NCBI GenBank assembly: GCA_040758235.1
Contig: JBFLVW010000059.1
Coordinates: forward strand, 81 to 64,080
Reading direction: 5' to 3'
Source: Candidatus Micrarchaeota archaeon
GTDB lineage: Archaea; Micrarchaeota; Micrarchaeia; Anstonellales; Bilamarchaeaceae
DNA length: 64,000 nt
Below the pieces are notes generated by a model. It made no database searches, was not told the origin of the DNA, and saw only the letters and a program-made list of their open reading frames with translations. Of the stretch, positions 1 through 8,921 are shown one piece after another. Each line of letters begins with the position of its first letter. Position 1 is the first letter of the stretch. A program made the position numbers and the translations under genes.

Positions 1-231
1 TGCCGGCACCCGAACAATGCGCGTCAAAGCCGCGAGGCTTCGCGCAGGCAATGATTCTTACGTGGTAAGGGCGAGGCGGGCGGCGTCGGGAAGAAAGAAA
101 AACGACAGGCCGGCATCGAAAGAAAAGCGGGCCCGGCCTCACTCAAACATGCCAGCAACAAGGCGGCCCGAACCTTTTACGACGAAGCGCCGCCGGAACG
201 CTTTTTAAGCTTGGCTTCTCATCATCTCCCC

Positions 232-1497
232 ATGGGCCGCATTATCCCCCTTATAGTTCTTGTCATGCTGGCATTCAGCCCCATCGCCTTCGCGCAATGC
301 GTCGGCTACAACGACTCGTTCGACGTCAGGGTGCTGGACGCCAAGCTGAGGGCGGTCCCAGGCGCCGACGTATGGATAAAATACGACAGGGGCCAGAGCT
401 TCGGCGAGCAGTACTTCACGACGCCGCTCAACAAGACCGACGCCGGCGGGAAAATACACTATAACATTTTCAACGGCGGAACCCTTTCGAGAACCATCGA
501 CTGCAAGATAGTCATCAACGCTTCCATAGGCGGCTCAAGCAACCAGACGACGGTCGAGGCGAACAAGCACGGCCCCGTAGTGGACGTCGTCCTTGCGGAC
601 CTGTATCCGCTCAACTTTTATGTAAGGGACCAGCTCAACGCCCCGATACCCAACGCCTCCGTCACGATCGCGAACAAGACCGGAAAGACGGATTCCCAGG
701 GCGCGATAAAATATTATTTCAAGGCCGCGACCTACGAGTATTTCGCGAGCTACCTTGACGCCCAGCAGCCGGGCTCGCTGAAAATCGAGAACGACACGGA
801 TTTCGTGGTGGTTTTCCCGCATTACAAAATCAGCATAGACGTCACGGACGACACCGGGAAGCCCCTGCCGGCCATGCTCACCATTTTCAACCAGACCTTT
901 GAGATGGAGAACGGCCATTTCGAGAACGAGAAGACGTTCGGGGAGGCCGTGCCCTACAAGGTCGACTACGAGGGAATAATCACGGATGAGGTCATCTACC
1001 CGTCCGTAGACCCCATCGTGGAAATACGGTACGACGTCCATTCCCCGACGTTCCAGAAAATAACGCCCGGGGTGCTCAACAACAGGCCGAGGCTCGACAT
1101 AGAAGTCAGCGACCCCGGGCAGTACGCGAGCGGCATCGACGTTTCCAGCATCAGGGTATCCTATCGCGTCGAGCCGGCCGATGTCACGGTTCCCTGGAGC
1201 TCGGCCGTGGTTTTCACTTCCGGAAGGAACAAATTCTCTGCGGATTTCCCCGAATTACCACAAAATACGATTGTGAGCTTCATGGTGGAGATAAAAGACA
1301 GGGCAGGGAACAGGGCCGACGTGGACGGGAGATTCACGACATTCGCAGGATCCCCGCAGAATGACACGCAAAACCAAACGGATACACAACCTCCCCCGCC
1401 TTCCGAACAGGGAATACCACTAATTTACATTATTGGTGGTGTAATCGTATTAGTTTTAGCCGCTTTATTGGTATTTCGTATGAAAGCAAAAGCATGA
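232..1497 (+). CDS. Secreted or cell-surface glycoprotein-like protein with a signal peptide and a C-terminal TM anchor
   Basis: N-terminal signal peptide MGRIIPLIVLVMLAFSPIAFAQ. The track ORF begins at TTG 211; the first in-frame ATG is at 232. About ten NxS/T sequons are present. The C-terminus is a Pro-rich stretch PPPPSEQ, then a hydrophobic helix IPLIYIIGGVIVLVLAALLVF, then a basic tail RMKAKA. No family assignment is possible from sequence alone. Confidence 0.55.
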   Translation: MGRIIPLIVLVMLAFSPIAFAQCVGYNDSFDVRVLDAKLRAVPGADVWIKYDRGQSFGEQYFTTPLNKTDAGGKIHYNIFNGGTLSRTIDCKIVINASIGGSSNQTTVEANKHGPVVDVVLADLYPLNFYVRDQLNAPIPNASVTIANKTGKTDSQGAIKYYFKAATYEYFASYLDAQQPGSLKIENDTDFVVVFPHYKISIDVTDDTGKPLPAMLTIFNQTFEMENGHFENEKTFGEAVPYKVDYEGIITDEVIYPSVDPIVEIRYDVHSPTFQKITPGVLNNRPRLDIEVSDPGQYASGIDVSSIRVSYRVEPADVTVPWSSAVVFTSGRNKFSADFPELPQNTIVSFMVEIKDRAGNRADVDGRFTTFAGSPQNDTQNQTDTQPPPPSEQGIPLIYIIGGVIVLVLAALLVFRMKAKA

Positions 1498-1578
1498 GGA
1501 GGGGAGGAGAGGACATTATCTTTATAAATTGTGTGTTTTATAAGTATAAACATTGAGTATCATAAACTAACATAATCA

Positions 1579-1602
1579 TCCAAGGGACATAATTGTCCAA
1601 GG
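1579..1602. promoter_or_regulatory. Candidate operator: perfect palindrome GGACATAATTGTCC (1585-1598) flanked by the direct repeat TCCAAGG (1579-1585 and 1596-1602)
   Basis: Seen directly in the sequence, 10 nt upstream of ATG 1612. It lies in an AT-rich promoter region with TATA-like boxes near 1519-1527 and 1543-1550. Confidence 0.4.
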
Positions 1603-1611
1603 TGGTAAACC

Positions 1612-2343
1612 ATGCCTCGAGGGAAGAAAATCATTATAGAAACCGAGATTAGCGACGACTACGTAGACAGGTTCCGGTCCATCGATTTGGACGAGATAAA
1701 GAAAGAGCGGGACCGCACCGAAAAGGGACTTTCATCTTCTGTGGCTAGCGTGTTCAAGGTGGCGCAGAACCTCTACCGCCAGAAGGCGAGCGAGGAGGAG
1801 CTCGAGGGCAAGCACGAGCTGTTCTCGGTCCGCTCGGCATACGACTACCTCAAGGGCAACGGCGTGTTCATTTCATTCAGGGCCTTCGGAGGCCGCATCG
1901 AGAGGGGCACGATACCGTTCGTCAAGGTGGGCAGGAAGAGGTACATCCCCAAGAGCGTGCTCGACGACATCACGAACACCAAGACCGAGTTCTTCACTGT
2001 CAAGGAGGCTTACGAGGAGTACAGGAAATCCAACTCCAAGATAAACTTCCGCGCTTTCATAGGCAGGATCGAGAAGGGCTCGATTCCCTCCGTGAAGTTC
2101 GGGACGAGGAGGCTTGTCCCAAAGGATGCCGTCGAGGCCCTGACGCACATCAGCACCAATTACTTCTCGGTCAGCCAGGCAATCAAGGAGCTCCACAAGA
2201 CCGGCATCCGCATCAAGAGGAACGCCTTCGAGAGGCGCCTCGACCGCGGAAGGATACCCCACGTCAAGATAGGCGGCAGGAGGTTCATCCACGAGGACGT
2301 GATGCGCGAGCTTATGGACAAGGAGTCGGCCCTGCGCAAATAA
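1612..2343 (+). CDS. DNA-binding protein with three tandem excisionase-type HTH (HTH_17-like) domains
   Basis: Three repeats of a roughly 50-aa module: FRAFGGRIERGTIPFVKVGRKRYIPKSVL, FRAFIGRIEKGSIPSVKFGTRRLVPKDAV, and FERRLDRGRIPHVKIGGRRFIHEDV. These match the G-x-lP-x-vKiGgR-r-ip-k signature of excisionase/Xis-family HTH domains. ATG start is preceded by an AT-rich promoter. Third codon positions are G/C-rich. Confidence 0.65.
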   Translation: MPRGKKIIIETEISDDYVDRFRSIDLDEIKKERDRTEKGLSSSVASVFKVAQNLYRQKASEEELEGKHELFSVRSAYDYLKGNGVFISFRAFGGRIERGTIPFVKVGRKRYIPKSVLDDITNTKTEFFTVKEAYEEYRKSNSKINFRAFIGRIEKGSIPSVKFGTRRLVPKDAVEALTHISTNYFSVSQAIKELHKTGIRIKRNAFERRLDRGRIPHVKIGGRRFIHEDVMRELMDKESALRK

Positions 2344-2377
2344 TTTTTTCAATAATTCTCTTTTTTCAGTGATTTCG

Positions 2378-2671
2378 ATGCCCGTCCAGGCGTATCCTTT
2401 TCACGAGCGGGCGACGGTTTTCTGCAAGGCGCTGCTCAACGGACGGAGGCCGCTCGTCGAAGTAGCCATTGCCGGCCTCATGAGGAGGGAAGAGCTCCCC
2501 CCAGAACTCGCCCGCGAATATACGAAGAGGGTGATAAAGGCGGACTGTGAGGACGCCTCCCTGCTTCGCGATAACAGCACGCGCATAGCGTGGACCAGGG
2601 TCCGGGCGCGGTTCGGAAATAATACGCTCGTCTTCGAGCGGAATGAAACCGTTTTCGTATACGACGAGTGA
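2378..2671 (+). CDS. Hypothetical protein (about 97 aa)
   Basis: The track ORF starts at GTG 2369; the in-frame ATG is at 2378. Third codon positions are strongly G/C in the plus frame. The overlapping minus-strand ORF 2366-2695 was rejected. It sits directly upstream of polB. Confidence 0.4.
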   Translation: MPVQAYPFHERATVFCKALLNGRRPLVEVAIAGLMRREELPPELAREYTKRVIKADCEDASLLRDNSTRIAWTRVRARFGNNTLVFERNETVFVYDE

Positions 2672-2706
2672 TAGGGTTTTTTTATCCTTCTTCAATAAGC
2701 TAATCC

Positions 2707-5160
2707 ATGGCGGGCAGGAGAAGAAAGGCTTATTTCATAGACGCTGGCTACACGGTCAAAAACGGCAAGACCTACGTCTCTCTTCTCCTCAAGGGCAAGA
2801 AGACCGTAAAGAGGTATTTCCAGTACGACCCTTATTTCATCGTGGACGCCCCGCCCGAGCGCAAGGACGAGCTTCTTGCGGTCAGGGGGACGAGAAGGAG
2901 CGGGGAGCAGGTCTCCCCGGTCCGCGCCGAGGAATGCGCCAGGAAAGTCGGCGCCCGCGCCAAAAAAATGGTGAAGCTCTACTGCAGGGAGCCTTCGCAC
3001 GTCCCGGCGATAAGGGAGGCGGTGCCCTACCCGGCATACGAGGCCAACATCCCCTTCGCGAGGCGCTTCATATTCGATTTCCAGCTGACGCCCCAGAGCA
3101 TCATCCATTACGAATGCGTTGGAAAGGAGATGACGCGCATTCTCTCGATAGAGCACGGCGAGCCGAAGCTGAGGGCGATGAGCTTCGACATAGAGACGTA
3201 CAACCCGCAGGGAATCCCCCGCGAGGACAAGGACCCGATAATCATGATATCCTACGCCTGCGGGGGCAAGGGCGTCCTCACGACGAAACCATCCCGGCGG
3301 CCTTTCGTCCAGACGCTTCCTGGGGAGAAGGAGATGCTCGCCCGCTTCGGGGAGATAGTGAAGGCCGAGGACCCGGACGTTCTGGTGGGCTACAACTCGG
3401 CGCAGTTCGACCTCCCCTACATAAAGGCCCGCAACGAGCGCGCGAGGTCCGGCCTGCGCCTGGGGCGGTTCGGCGGGAAGATAACGCCCATGAAGAAAGG
3501 CCTCATCAACGGCGTGCGCGTCGCCGGGCGGGTGCACATGGACTTGTACCCCATCGTGAAGTTTTTCGGCTTCATAGGAATCATAAAGACCCAGAAGTTC
3601 ACCCTCGACGCCGTGTCCGAGGACGTCCTCGGGAGCAAGAAGGTCAAGATAAAGAAGGAGGAGATATGGCAGATGTGGGACAGCGGGGACATAGAGCGCC
3701 TCTGCGAATATTCCCTCGTAGATGCAGAGCTCGCCCTGGCCCTTGGCGAGCGGTTCCTCCCCCTGGAGATGGAGCTCTCGTCGGTCGCGAAGATGCCCCT
3801 GTTCGAGACGACGCTCTCGACGAGCGGCCAGCTGGTCGAGAACCTGCTGATGTACCACGCCTCCGCGCGCGGGGAGCTGATACCATCGAAGCCGGGCGGC
3901 GACACGGTAATGGAGAGGGAAAGCGCGCCCATACAGGGCGCTTTCGTCAAGCTTCCGGAGCCAGGGATTTACGAGAACGTCGCAGTCATGGACTTCAGGG
4001 GGCTGTATCCCTCGATAATAGTGTCTTACAACATCGACCCCGGAACGCTGATGGAAGATGAGGGCGGCAGGAAACCGGAGGCGGAAAGGGGCGGAACGGG
4101 AACCGGAGGCGGGGGGCGGGATGCGGGGGGCGGGATGCCGGATGCATTCGTTTCCCCGACCGGCGCGCGCTTCGCGAAGGGCCGGACGGGGCTCATCCCG
4201 TTCGTTCTGGACTACCTCATAGACATGAGGATGAAGATAAAGGGCGAGCTCAAGAATCTTGACAAGTCGGGCGACGCATATGTGAGGATGAGCGCTCGCT
4301 CGCATGCGCTCAAGATTCTCGCGAACTCTTTCTACGGATACATGGGCTACGCCCGCTCGCGGTGGTATTCGAGGCCGTGCGCCGAGAGCGTGACCGCATG
4401 GGGGAGGAAGCATATCCTCGAAACGATAGAAAAAGCCGAGAATGCCGGGTTCCAGGTCCTCTACGGCGACACCGACTCGATTTTCCTGATATACAAGGAC
4501 AGGAAGGACGTGCTGGATTTCCTGTCGAAAGTGAACGCCGCGCTGCCGGAAAAGATGGAGCTCGAGCTGGAGGGATTCTACCCCCGCGGCGTGTTCGTCA
4601 GCAAGAAGGGAGGGGCCGAGCGCGGGGCGAAGAAGAAATACGCGCTCCTCGGCGAAGACGGGAGGATAAAGATACGGGGGTTCGAGCTTGTCCGCAGGGA
4701 CTGGTCCGCGATAGCGAAGGAGACCCAGCTTCGCGTCCTCGAGGCGATACTGAAGGAGGGGAGCAAGGAGAAGGCGGTCAGGATAATTAGGGAGACCATA
4801 GAGCAGCTTCAGCAGGGGAAGGTGCCGCTCGAGAAGCTCGCGATAAGCACCCAGCTCAACAAGAGCCCGGACAACTACGAGGTGACGAGCCCGGAGCTTG
4901 CGGCCGCGAAGAAAATGCGCGAGGCGGGGATGGAGGCCGGGAGAGGCACGATGATTTCATATGTCATTTCCAAGGGGAAGGGCGGCAACAAGGTCTCCGA
5001 GCGGGCGATGCCGATAGAGCTCGCGAAGGACTATGACGCCGATTATTACATAAACAACCAGGTCCTGCCTTCCGTCATGAAGATAATGAAGGAGCTGGGA
5101 TACGACGAATACAGCATGAAGTTCGGGGGCAAGCAGAAGAGCCTGGAGCAGTTCTTTTAG
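2707..5160 (+). CDS. polB: Family B DNA polymerase
   Basis: Exo I motif FDIETY, motif A DFRGLYPSIIVSYNIDPGTL, the K-x3-NS-x-YG motif LKILANSFYGYMGY, and motif C VLYGDTDSIFL. Size is 817 aa. A TATA-like T-rich box sits about 20 nt upstream of the ATG. Confidence 0.95.
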   Translation: MAGRRRKAYFIDAGYTVKNGKTYVSLLLKGKKTVKRYFQYDPYFIVDAPPERKDELLAVRGTRRSGEQVSPVRAEECARKVGARAKKMVKLYCREPSHVPAIREAVPYPAYEANIPFARRFIFDFQLTPQSIIHYECVGKEMTRILSIEHGEPKLRAMSFDIETYNPQGIPREDKDPIIMISYACGGKGVLTTKPSRRPFVQTLPGEKEMLARFGEIVKAEDPDVLVGYNSAQFDLPYIKARNERARSGLRLGRFGGKITPMKKGLINGVRVAGRVHMDLYPIVKFFGFIGIIKTQKFTLDAVSEDVLGSKKVKIKKEEIWQMWDSGDIERLCEYSLVDAELALALGERFLPLEMELSSVAKMPLFETTLSTSGQLVENLLMYHASARGELIPSKPGGDTVMERESAPIQGAFVKLPEPGIYENVAVMDFRGLYPSIIVSYNIDPGTLMEDEGGRKPEAERGGTGTGGGGRDAGGGMPDAFVSPTGARFAKGRTGLIPFVLDYLIDMRMKIKGELKNLDKSGDAYVRMSARSHALKILANSFYGYMGYARSRWYSRPCAESVTAWGRKHILETIEKAENAGFQVLYGDTDSIFLIYKDRKDVLDFLSKVNAALPEKMELELEGFYPRGVFVSKKGGAERGAKKKYALLGEDGRIKIRGFELVRRDWSAIAKETQLRVLEAILKEGSKEKAVRIIRETIEQLQQGKVPLEKLAISTQLNKSPDNYEVTSPELAAAKKMREAGMEAGRGTMISYVISKGKGGNKVSERAMPIELAKDYDADYYINNQVLPSVMKIMKELGYDEYSMKFGGKQKSLEQFF

Positions 5161-5219
5161 GCTTCTCTTTTGTATTCCCAGAACCAAAACATAAAAAATC
5201 CTCTTGCCGATACTTACCC

Positions 5220-5597
5220 ATGACCGGCAGCACCATGAAGAAGAGGGAGAACATCACTCAGATAATCAATCAGATTCTCGAGCAGGCGACGCGCACCAGG
5301 CAGGGATTCACGCCGGATGTGCTGAGGCAGTTCGAGGACGAGGCCCAGCGCGCGCGGGAAGAGCGGCAGAGGAACCAGGTGCGCGAGGCGACGCCGGTCC
5401 GGCAAGAGAGGAGGGAGGAACGCAGGGAAGCCGCGGTCATACCCCTCCGGACCATAAGCCCCGAGATGAGGCAGAGGGGCATCGAGAACGCGGTTGACCT
5501 CGGAGAAAGGATAGAGATGGCCTCCGCGGAGGCGAGCGACGCCGCCGCGCTCAGGAAGCTCAACTTCAGGAGGGACTGGGGCAGGGAGGCTGCCTGA
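5220..5597 (+). CDS. Hypothetical Glu/Arg-rich protein (125 aa)
   Basis: ATG start and G/C-rich third positions. Charged, probably helical. No recognisable family. Confidence 0.4.
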   Translation: MTGSTMKKRENITQIINQILEQATRTRQGFTPDVLRQFEDEAQRAREERQRNQVREATPVRQERREERREAAVIPLRTISPEMRQRGIENAVDLGERIEMASAEASDAAALRKLNFRRDWGREAA

Positions 5598-5606
5598 GGG
5601 GATTGC

Positions 5607-5951
5607 ATGGTGTTCGAAGACTGGATTGACGATGAAAGCAAGCTGCGCATTGTGAACATCTGGAGAAGGATGAACGAATCCGACAAGGCCCATTTCATCA
5701 ACCAGGTGGCGCTCGCCCTCAGCGTGTGGGGCAGCGACGTCCGGGGGAAGCACATGGTCGTCGAGGTCCTCCGGAGGATGACGAACAACGGGACGAGCAC
5801 GCTCGCGGATTTCGGGCTTTACGTGGAAAAGATAATCGGGGGCGAGCAGGCCTCGGGCATGGAGGACAAGGTCAGACGCGCGGCGATGATAATAGAGGGC
5901 TACAGGATAAAGAACGCGCTCCCCTCCGAGCCCCACAAGGAACTGTTCTGA
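5607..5951 (+). CDS. Hypothetical protein (114 aa)
   Basis: ATG start 9 nt after the previous stop. It ends 1 nt before pus10. Codon bias is consistent with neighbouring genes. Confidence 0.45.
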   Translation: MVFEDWIDDESKLRIVNIWRRMNESDKAHFINQVALALSVWGSDVRGKHMVVEVLRRMTNNGTSTLADFGLYVEKIIGGEQASGMEDKVRRAAMIIEGYRIKNALPSEPHKELF

Positions 5952-7064
5952 ATGATTCTCTGCAGGGAGTGCAATTTCGCGAACGGCTCAGCCTTTCCCG
6001 AAGGGGAATGCTGGATTTGCGGCGGCGGGGCGCTCAGGGAAGATGGGATGCTCAGGGAGGCCGCCGCGCTCCTCAAGGCGGCCGGGGCGGGGAGCTTTTC
6101 CATATCCACCATCATCCCCAAGGACTGGCTGGCACGCGAGGAGAAGGCGTGGGACGTGAGGTCCGCCGGGGCGGAGAGCGTCAAGAACTACATGAACAGG
6201 AAGGCCGTTTCGGCGCTCAGGGAGGCGAGCGGCCTGAGATATGATTATGACGGGGACGTGAGGCTGGTCCTCGACTTCCAGGCAGGGAAAGTTTCCATCC
6301 AGAGGAACGAGCTGTTCGTTTTCGGGAGGTACAGGAAGCTCGCGGCCGGGCTTTCCCAGAGCAGGTGGAAGTGCCCGAAATGCGGGGGAAAGGGCTGCGC
6401 GCGTTGCGAGGGGAAGGGCAAGCTCTACGTTTCCGTGGAGGAAAAGATAGGCGAGCCGCTGAAATCCGCATGCGCCGCCGAGGACTATGTCATGCACGCA
6501 TCCGGAAGGGAGGATGTGGACGCGACGAACAGCGCCGGGAGGCCGTTCGTCTTCGAGATAAAGAGTCCGGAAAAGAGGGTAATCGACCTCGCAGCCGCCG
6601 CGGCCGAAATCGCGAAAAGCGGGGAAGTGGCCGTCCTGGACCTGCGAATCGTCCCGAGAAGCTTCTGCGAAGTGGTGACGGAATCGCATTTCGACAAGGC
6701 TTACGAGGCTGAAGTCGAGTTCGGCAGGACGCTCGGCGAAGACGATTTGGAAAAAATACGCTCGCTCGAGGGAAAAACCATCCTCCAGCAAACTCCCGCC
6801 CGCGTGGCGCACAGGAGGGCTGACCTCGTGCGCCACAGGAAAGTGAAGCACGTGGAAGTGGCCAACATCCGGGAGGCCGGAGGCAGGTGGCTTGCGACGC
6901 TGATAATAAGGGCCGAGGCGGGGACGTACATCAAGGAGCTGATTTCGGGCGATAGGGGGAGGACGAAGCCGAGCGTCGCCGAGCTCCTTGGAACGGGCGC
7001 GGAGTGCAAAAGGCTGGAAGTGACGATGATAGACGACGGCTTCCTGGACTTTTGCATGGGCTGA
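5952..7064 (+). CDS. pus10: tRNA pseudouridine synthase Pus10
   Basis: N-terminal Cys clusters (CRECNF...CWICGG and CPKCGGKGCARCEGKG) typical of the Pus10 zinc ribbon. Catalytic-core motif GREDVDA. C-terminal GTYIKELISGDRGRTKPS. Confidence 0.75.
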   Translation: MILCRECNFANGSAFPEGECWICGGGALREDGMLREAAALLKAAGAGSFSISTIIPKDWLAREEKAWDVRSAGAESVKNYMNRKAVSALREASGLRYDYDGDVRLVLDFQAGKVSIQRNELFVFGRYRKLAAGLSQSRWKCPKCGGKGCARCEGKGKLYVSVEEKIGEPLKSACAAEDYVMHASGREDVDATNSAGRPFVFEIKSPEKRVIDLAAAAAEIAKSGEVAVLDLRIVPRSFCEVVTESHFDKAYEAEVEFGRTLGEDDLEKIRSLEGKTILQQTPARVAHRRADLVRHRKVKHVEVANIREAGGRWLATLIIRAEAGTYIKELISGDRGRTKPSVAELLGTGAECKRLEVTMIDDGFLDFCMG

Positions 7065-7066
7065 TT

Positions 7067-7738
7067 TCAGAACCGCACTCCGTATCTGTTCATGTACTCC
7101 CGGTATTTCTCGTAGGTCTTCTCGCTTACGTAGGTCTTTCCGTCCAGAGGCCTTCCCTTAAGATGGGTGAAGACGTCATGTATTGTCGTTATGGCCCGGA
7201 CGGGGACGCCGGACTGCTCGCTGAACTCGTCGATTGCGCTTTTCTTCTTTCCGACTTCCATCCTGTCCACTGCTATCACTATCCCGGCGACATGCGCCTT
7301 GAGCGTTTTTTCCAGCTTCTCGATGGCCTCGAACTTGGTCCCGCCGGTCGTCATGACGTCGTCCAGGATTATCACGCGCTCCCCGTGGTCGACGTTCTGC
7401 CCCCCGACGAAGACCGTGTTCGCGTCCGCCCCGTGGATTTTCATCTCCTTCCTGTCGAAGAGCCATTTCTTGTCGGTCCCCGAGGCGTTCAGGGCGAGGA
7501 CGGCGCTCAGGGCGAGGGGGATGGCCTTGTAGGCGGGGCCGAAAACGACCTCGTAATTGCTCCCGAAGGACTCGGTCATCTTCGAGGCGTAGAACCTGCC
7601 CAGCTCCCATGTGGCGGAGCCTCCCGTAATCGCGCCGAGGTCGATGAAGTAGGGGGAGACCCTTCCGCTCTTGAGCGTGAACTCGCCGAACTTTATCGCT
7701 CCCTTCCTGGCCAGGAATTCGATGAATGAAGTGTTCAT
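7067..7738 (-). CDS. pyrE: Orotate phosphoribosyltransferase
   Basis: PRPP-binding motif VIILDDVMTTGGT and overall OPRTase-like sequence. Start chosen at the ATG encoding MNTSFIEFL (7736-7738). The track ORF extends upstream through a stop-free stretch. Confidence 0.9.
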   Translation of the reverse strand: MNTSFIEFLARKGAIKFGEFTLKSGRVSPYFIDLGAITGGSATWELGRFYASKMTESFGSNYEVVFGPAYKAIPLALSAVLALNASGTDKKWLFDRKEMKIHGADANTVFVGGQNVDHGERVIILDDVMTTGGTKFEAIEKLEKTLKAHVAGIVIAVDRMEVGKKKSAIDEFSEQSGVPVRAITTIHDVFTHLKGRPLDGKTYVSEKTYEKYREYMNRYGVRF

Positions 7739-7781
7739 GCTGTGCGATTCCCGGTTAAGGATTAAAATAAGTCCGAATCGC

Positions 7782-8663
7782 TCAGTTCTCTGCAGGGCCC
7801 CGCTCCCGCCTCCATGGACCGTAGAAGGACGCGACGTTCTCGGCATACATCCGGATGTCGGCCCACATGGGTTCGCTAATCGAAGGCGGCCTCTCGTCTG
7901 GAAGCCCTCCCCTCCTGAGAAGGATGTGCATCGCGAGCAGGGGGTCGTCGTTCGCCATCACAAGCTCCCGGAAGGCCCCCTCGCCATAGGCGCGGTCGAT
8001 CGCCGTCCCGAGCGCAGCGTAGTTGCCTGTCGCGAACGCGTCGAGCAGAGTCCTTTCCCCGATGACGCTCGCCATCAGCTCGAGCGTGGCGGCGGGGAGT
8101 CGGTATGTAGTGCGGTGGTCGGGCGACATCCTGGAGCAGACGAAATCCGACAGCCCCTCCTCTAGCCAGCGGGCGGTCACGGGAGCCGTCCTCCCGTCAG
8201 GCATTTCCGCCATGAGATGCGGCGCCCCGCCGTTGCGGGCGAGGTATGAGAGGTAATGCGAAAGCTCGTGCCGGACTATGCTGTCCAGCCTCTGCGGGTC
8301 TGAAGAGAGGCTTTCCCTGACGAATACGGCATTGGAGCCGCGGTGGAAGAAGCCCATCGCGGAGGCGTCCCCCCCGAGGCGGCCGGCTATCTCGTCGAAG
8401 ACGGAATCCGGAAGCGCGACCGCTATCGGGGGATGGCGCCTGAGTATGTCGCCGGCAGGTGCTCCGAGCACGGTTGAGAAGTCGGATATGTGCCTCGATA
8501 TGTCCATGAGCCTTATCGTGCCCGGCTCGCGGATGCCGAACTCGCGCTCCAGATATGCGATGACGCCGGGCGGTCCCGTCATGAAATTCGAGATGGATGG
8601 GGGGCCGGAGAACTGGCCGCTCCTGAATGAGTCCGCCCTCTCGTCCAGCACCCGCTCGGCCAT
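7782..8663 (-). CDS. Hypothetical protein with an HExxH motif; putative zinc metallopeptidase-like
   Basis: Motif RHELSHYLSY (HExxH) followed by a downstream Glu in EEGLSD. No signal peptide. Located downstream of the GGR / GGGP-synthase / 82-aa genes on the same strand. Confidence 0.5.
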   Translation of the reverse strand: MAERVLDERADSFRSGQFSGPPSISNFMTGPPGVIAYLEREFGIREPGTIRLMDISRHISDFSTVLGAPAGDILRRHPPIAVALPDSVFDEIAGRLGGDASAMGFFHRGSNAVFVRESLSSDPQRLDSIVRHELSHYLSYLARNGGAPHLMAEMPDGRTAPVTARWLEEGLSDFVCSRMSPDHRTTYRLPAATLELMASVIGERTLLDAFATGNYAALGTAIDRAYGEGAFRELVMANDDPLLAMHILLRRGGLPDERPPSISEPMWADIRMYAENVASFYGPWRRERGPAEN

Positions 8664-8667
8664 GCGA

Positions 8668-8916
8668 TCAGTCCAGCATCACGGATTTTTTCGTCTTCCT
8701 TTTTATCGCCAGCTCGGCGATTTCCTTCCGGCGCATCCTGAGAAGCTCATATATTTCGGGGGAGGATTTCCTGAGGCCTTCGAAATAATCCTTTGCTTCC
8801 GAAATCGAGGAGTCCAGCCTGAAGGAGTTCGCGTCCGCCACGGATTTTTTCAGCTCCGCCGTCCTTGCGAGCGCCTTCCGATAGATGCCGGCATCTTCCT
8901 CAGCCACGAAAGCCAC
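8668..8916 (-). CDS. Small hypothetical protein (82 aa)
   Basis: ORF placed between the GGGP synthase and the HExxH protein with 5-nt gaps. Charged and helical. Confidence 0.4.
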   Translation of the reverse strand: MAFVAEEDAGIYRKALARTAELKKSVADANSFRLDSSISEAKDYFEGLRKSSPEIYELLRMRRKEIAELAIKRKTKKSVMLD

Positions 8917-8921
8917 CCCTG

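Noticed and set aside
17-208. 63-aa ORF at the window start
   Set aside because: It is a basic Arg/Lys-rich low-complexity product truncated by the window edge, with no support.
2366-2695. Minus-strand 109-aa ORF overlapping the 2378-2671 plus-strand ORF
   Set aside because: Third-codon-position G/C bias fits the plus frame. The minus ORF would start only 12 nt from the polB ATG in a divergent orientation.
2643-4413. Long alternate-frame and antisense ORFs (472 and 573 aa) overlapping polB
   Set aside because: Their products are Arg/Gly/Pro-rich low-complexity, as expected for the wrong frame in high-GC DNA. polB in the same region has all polymerase motifs.
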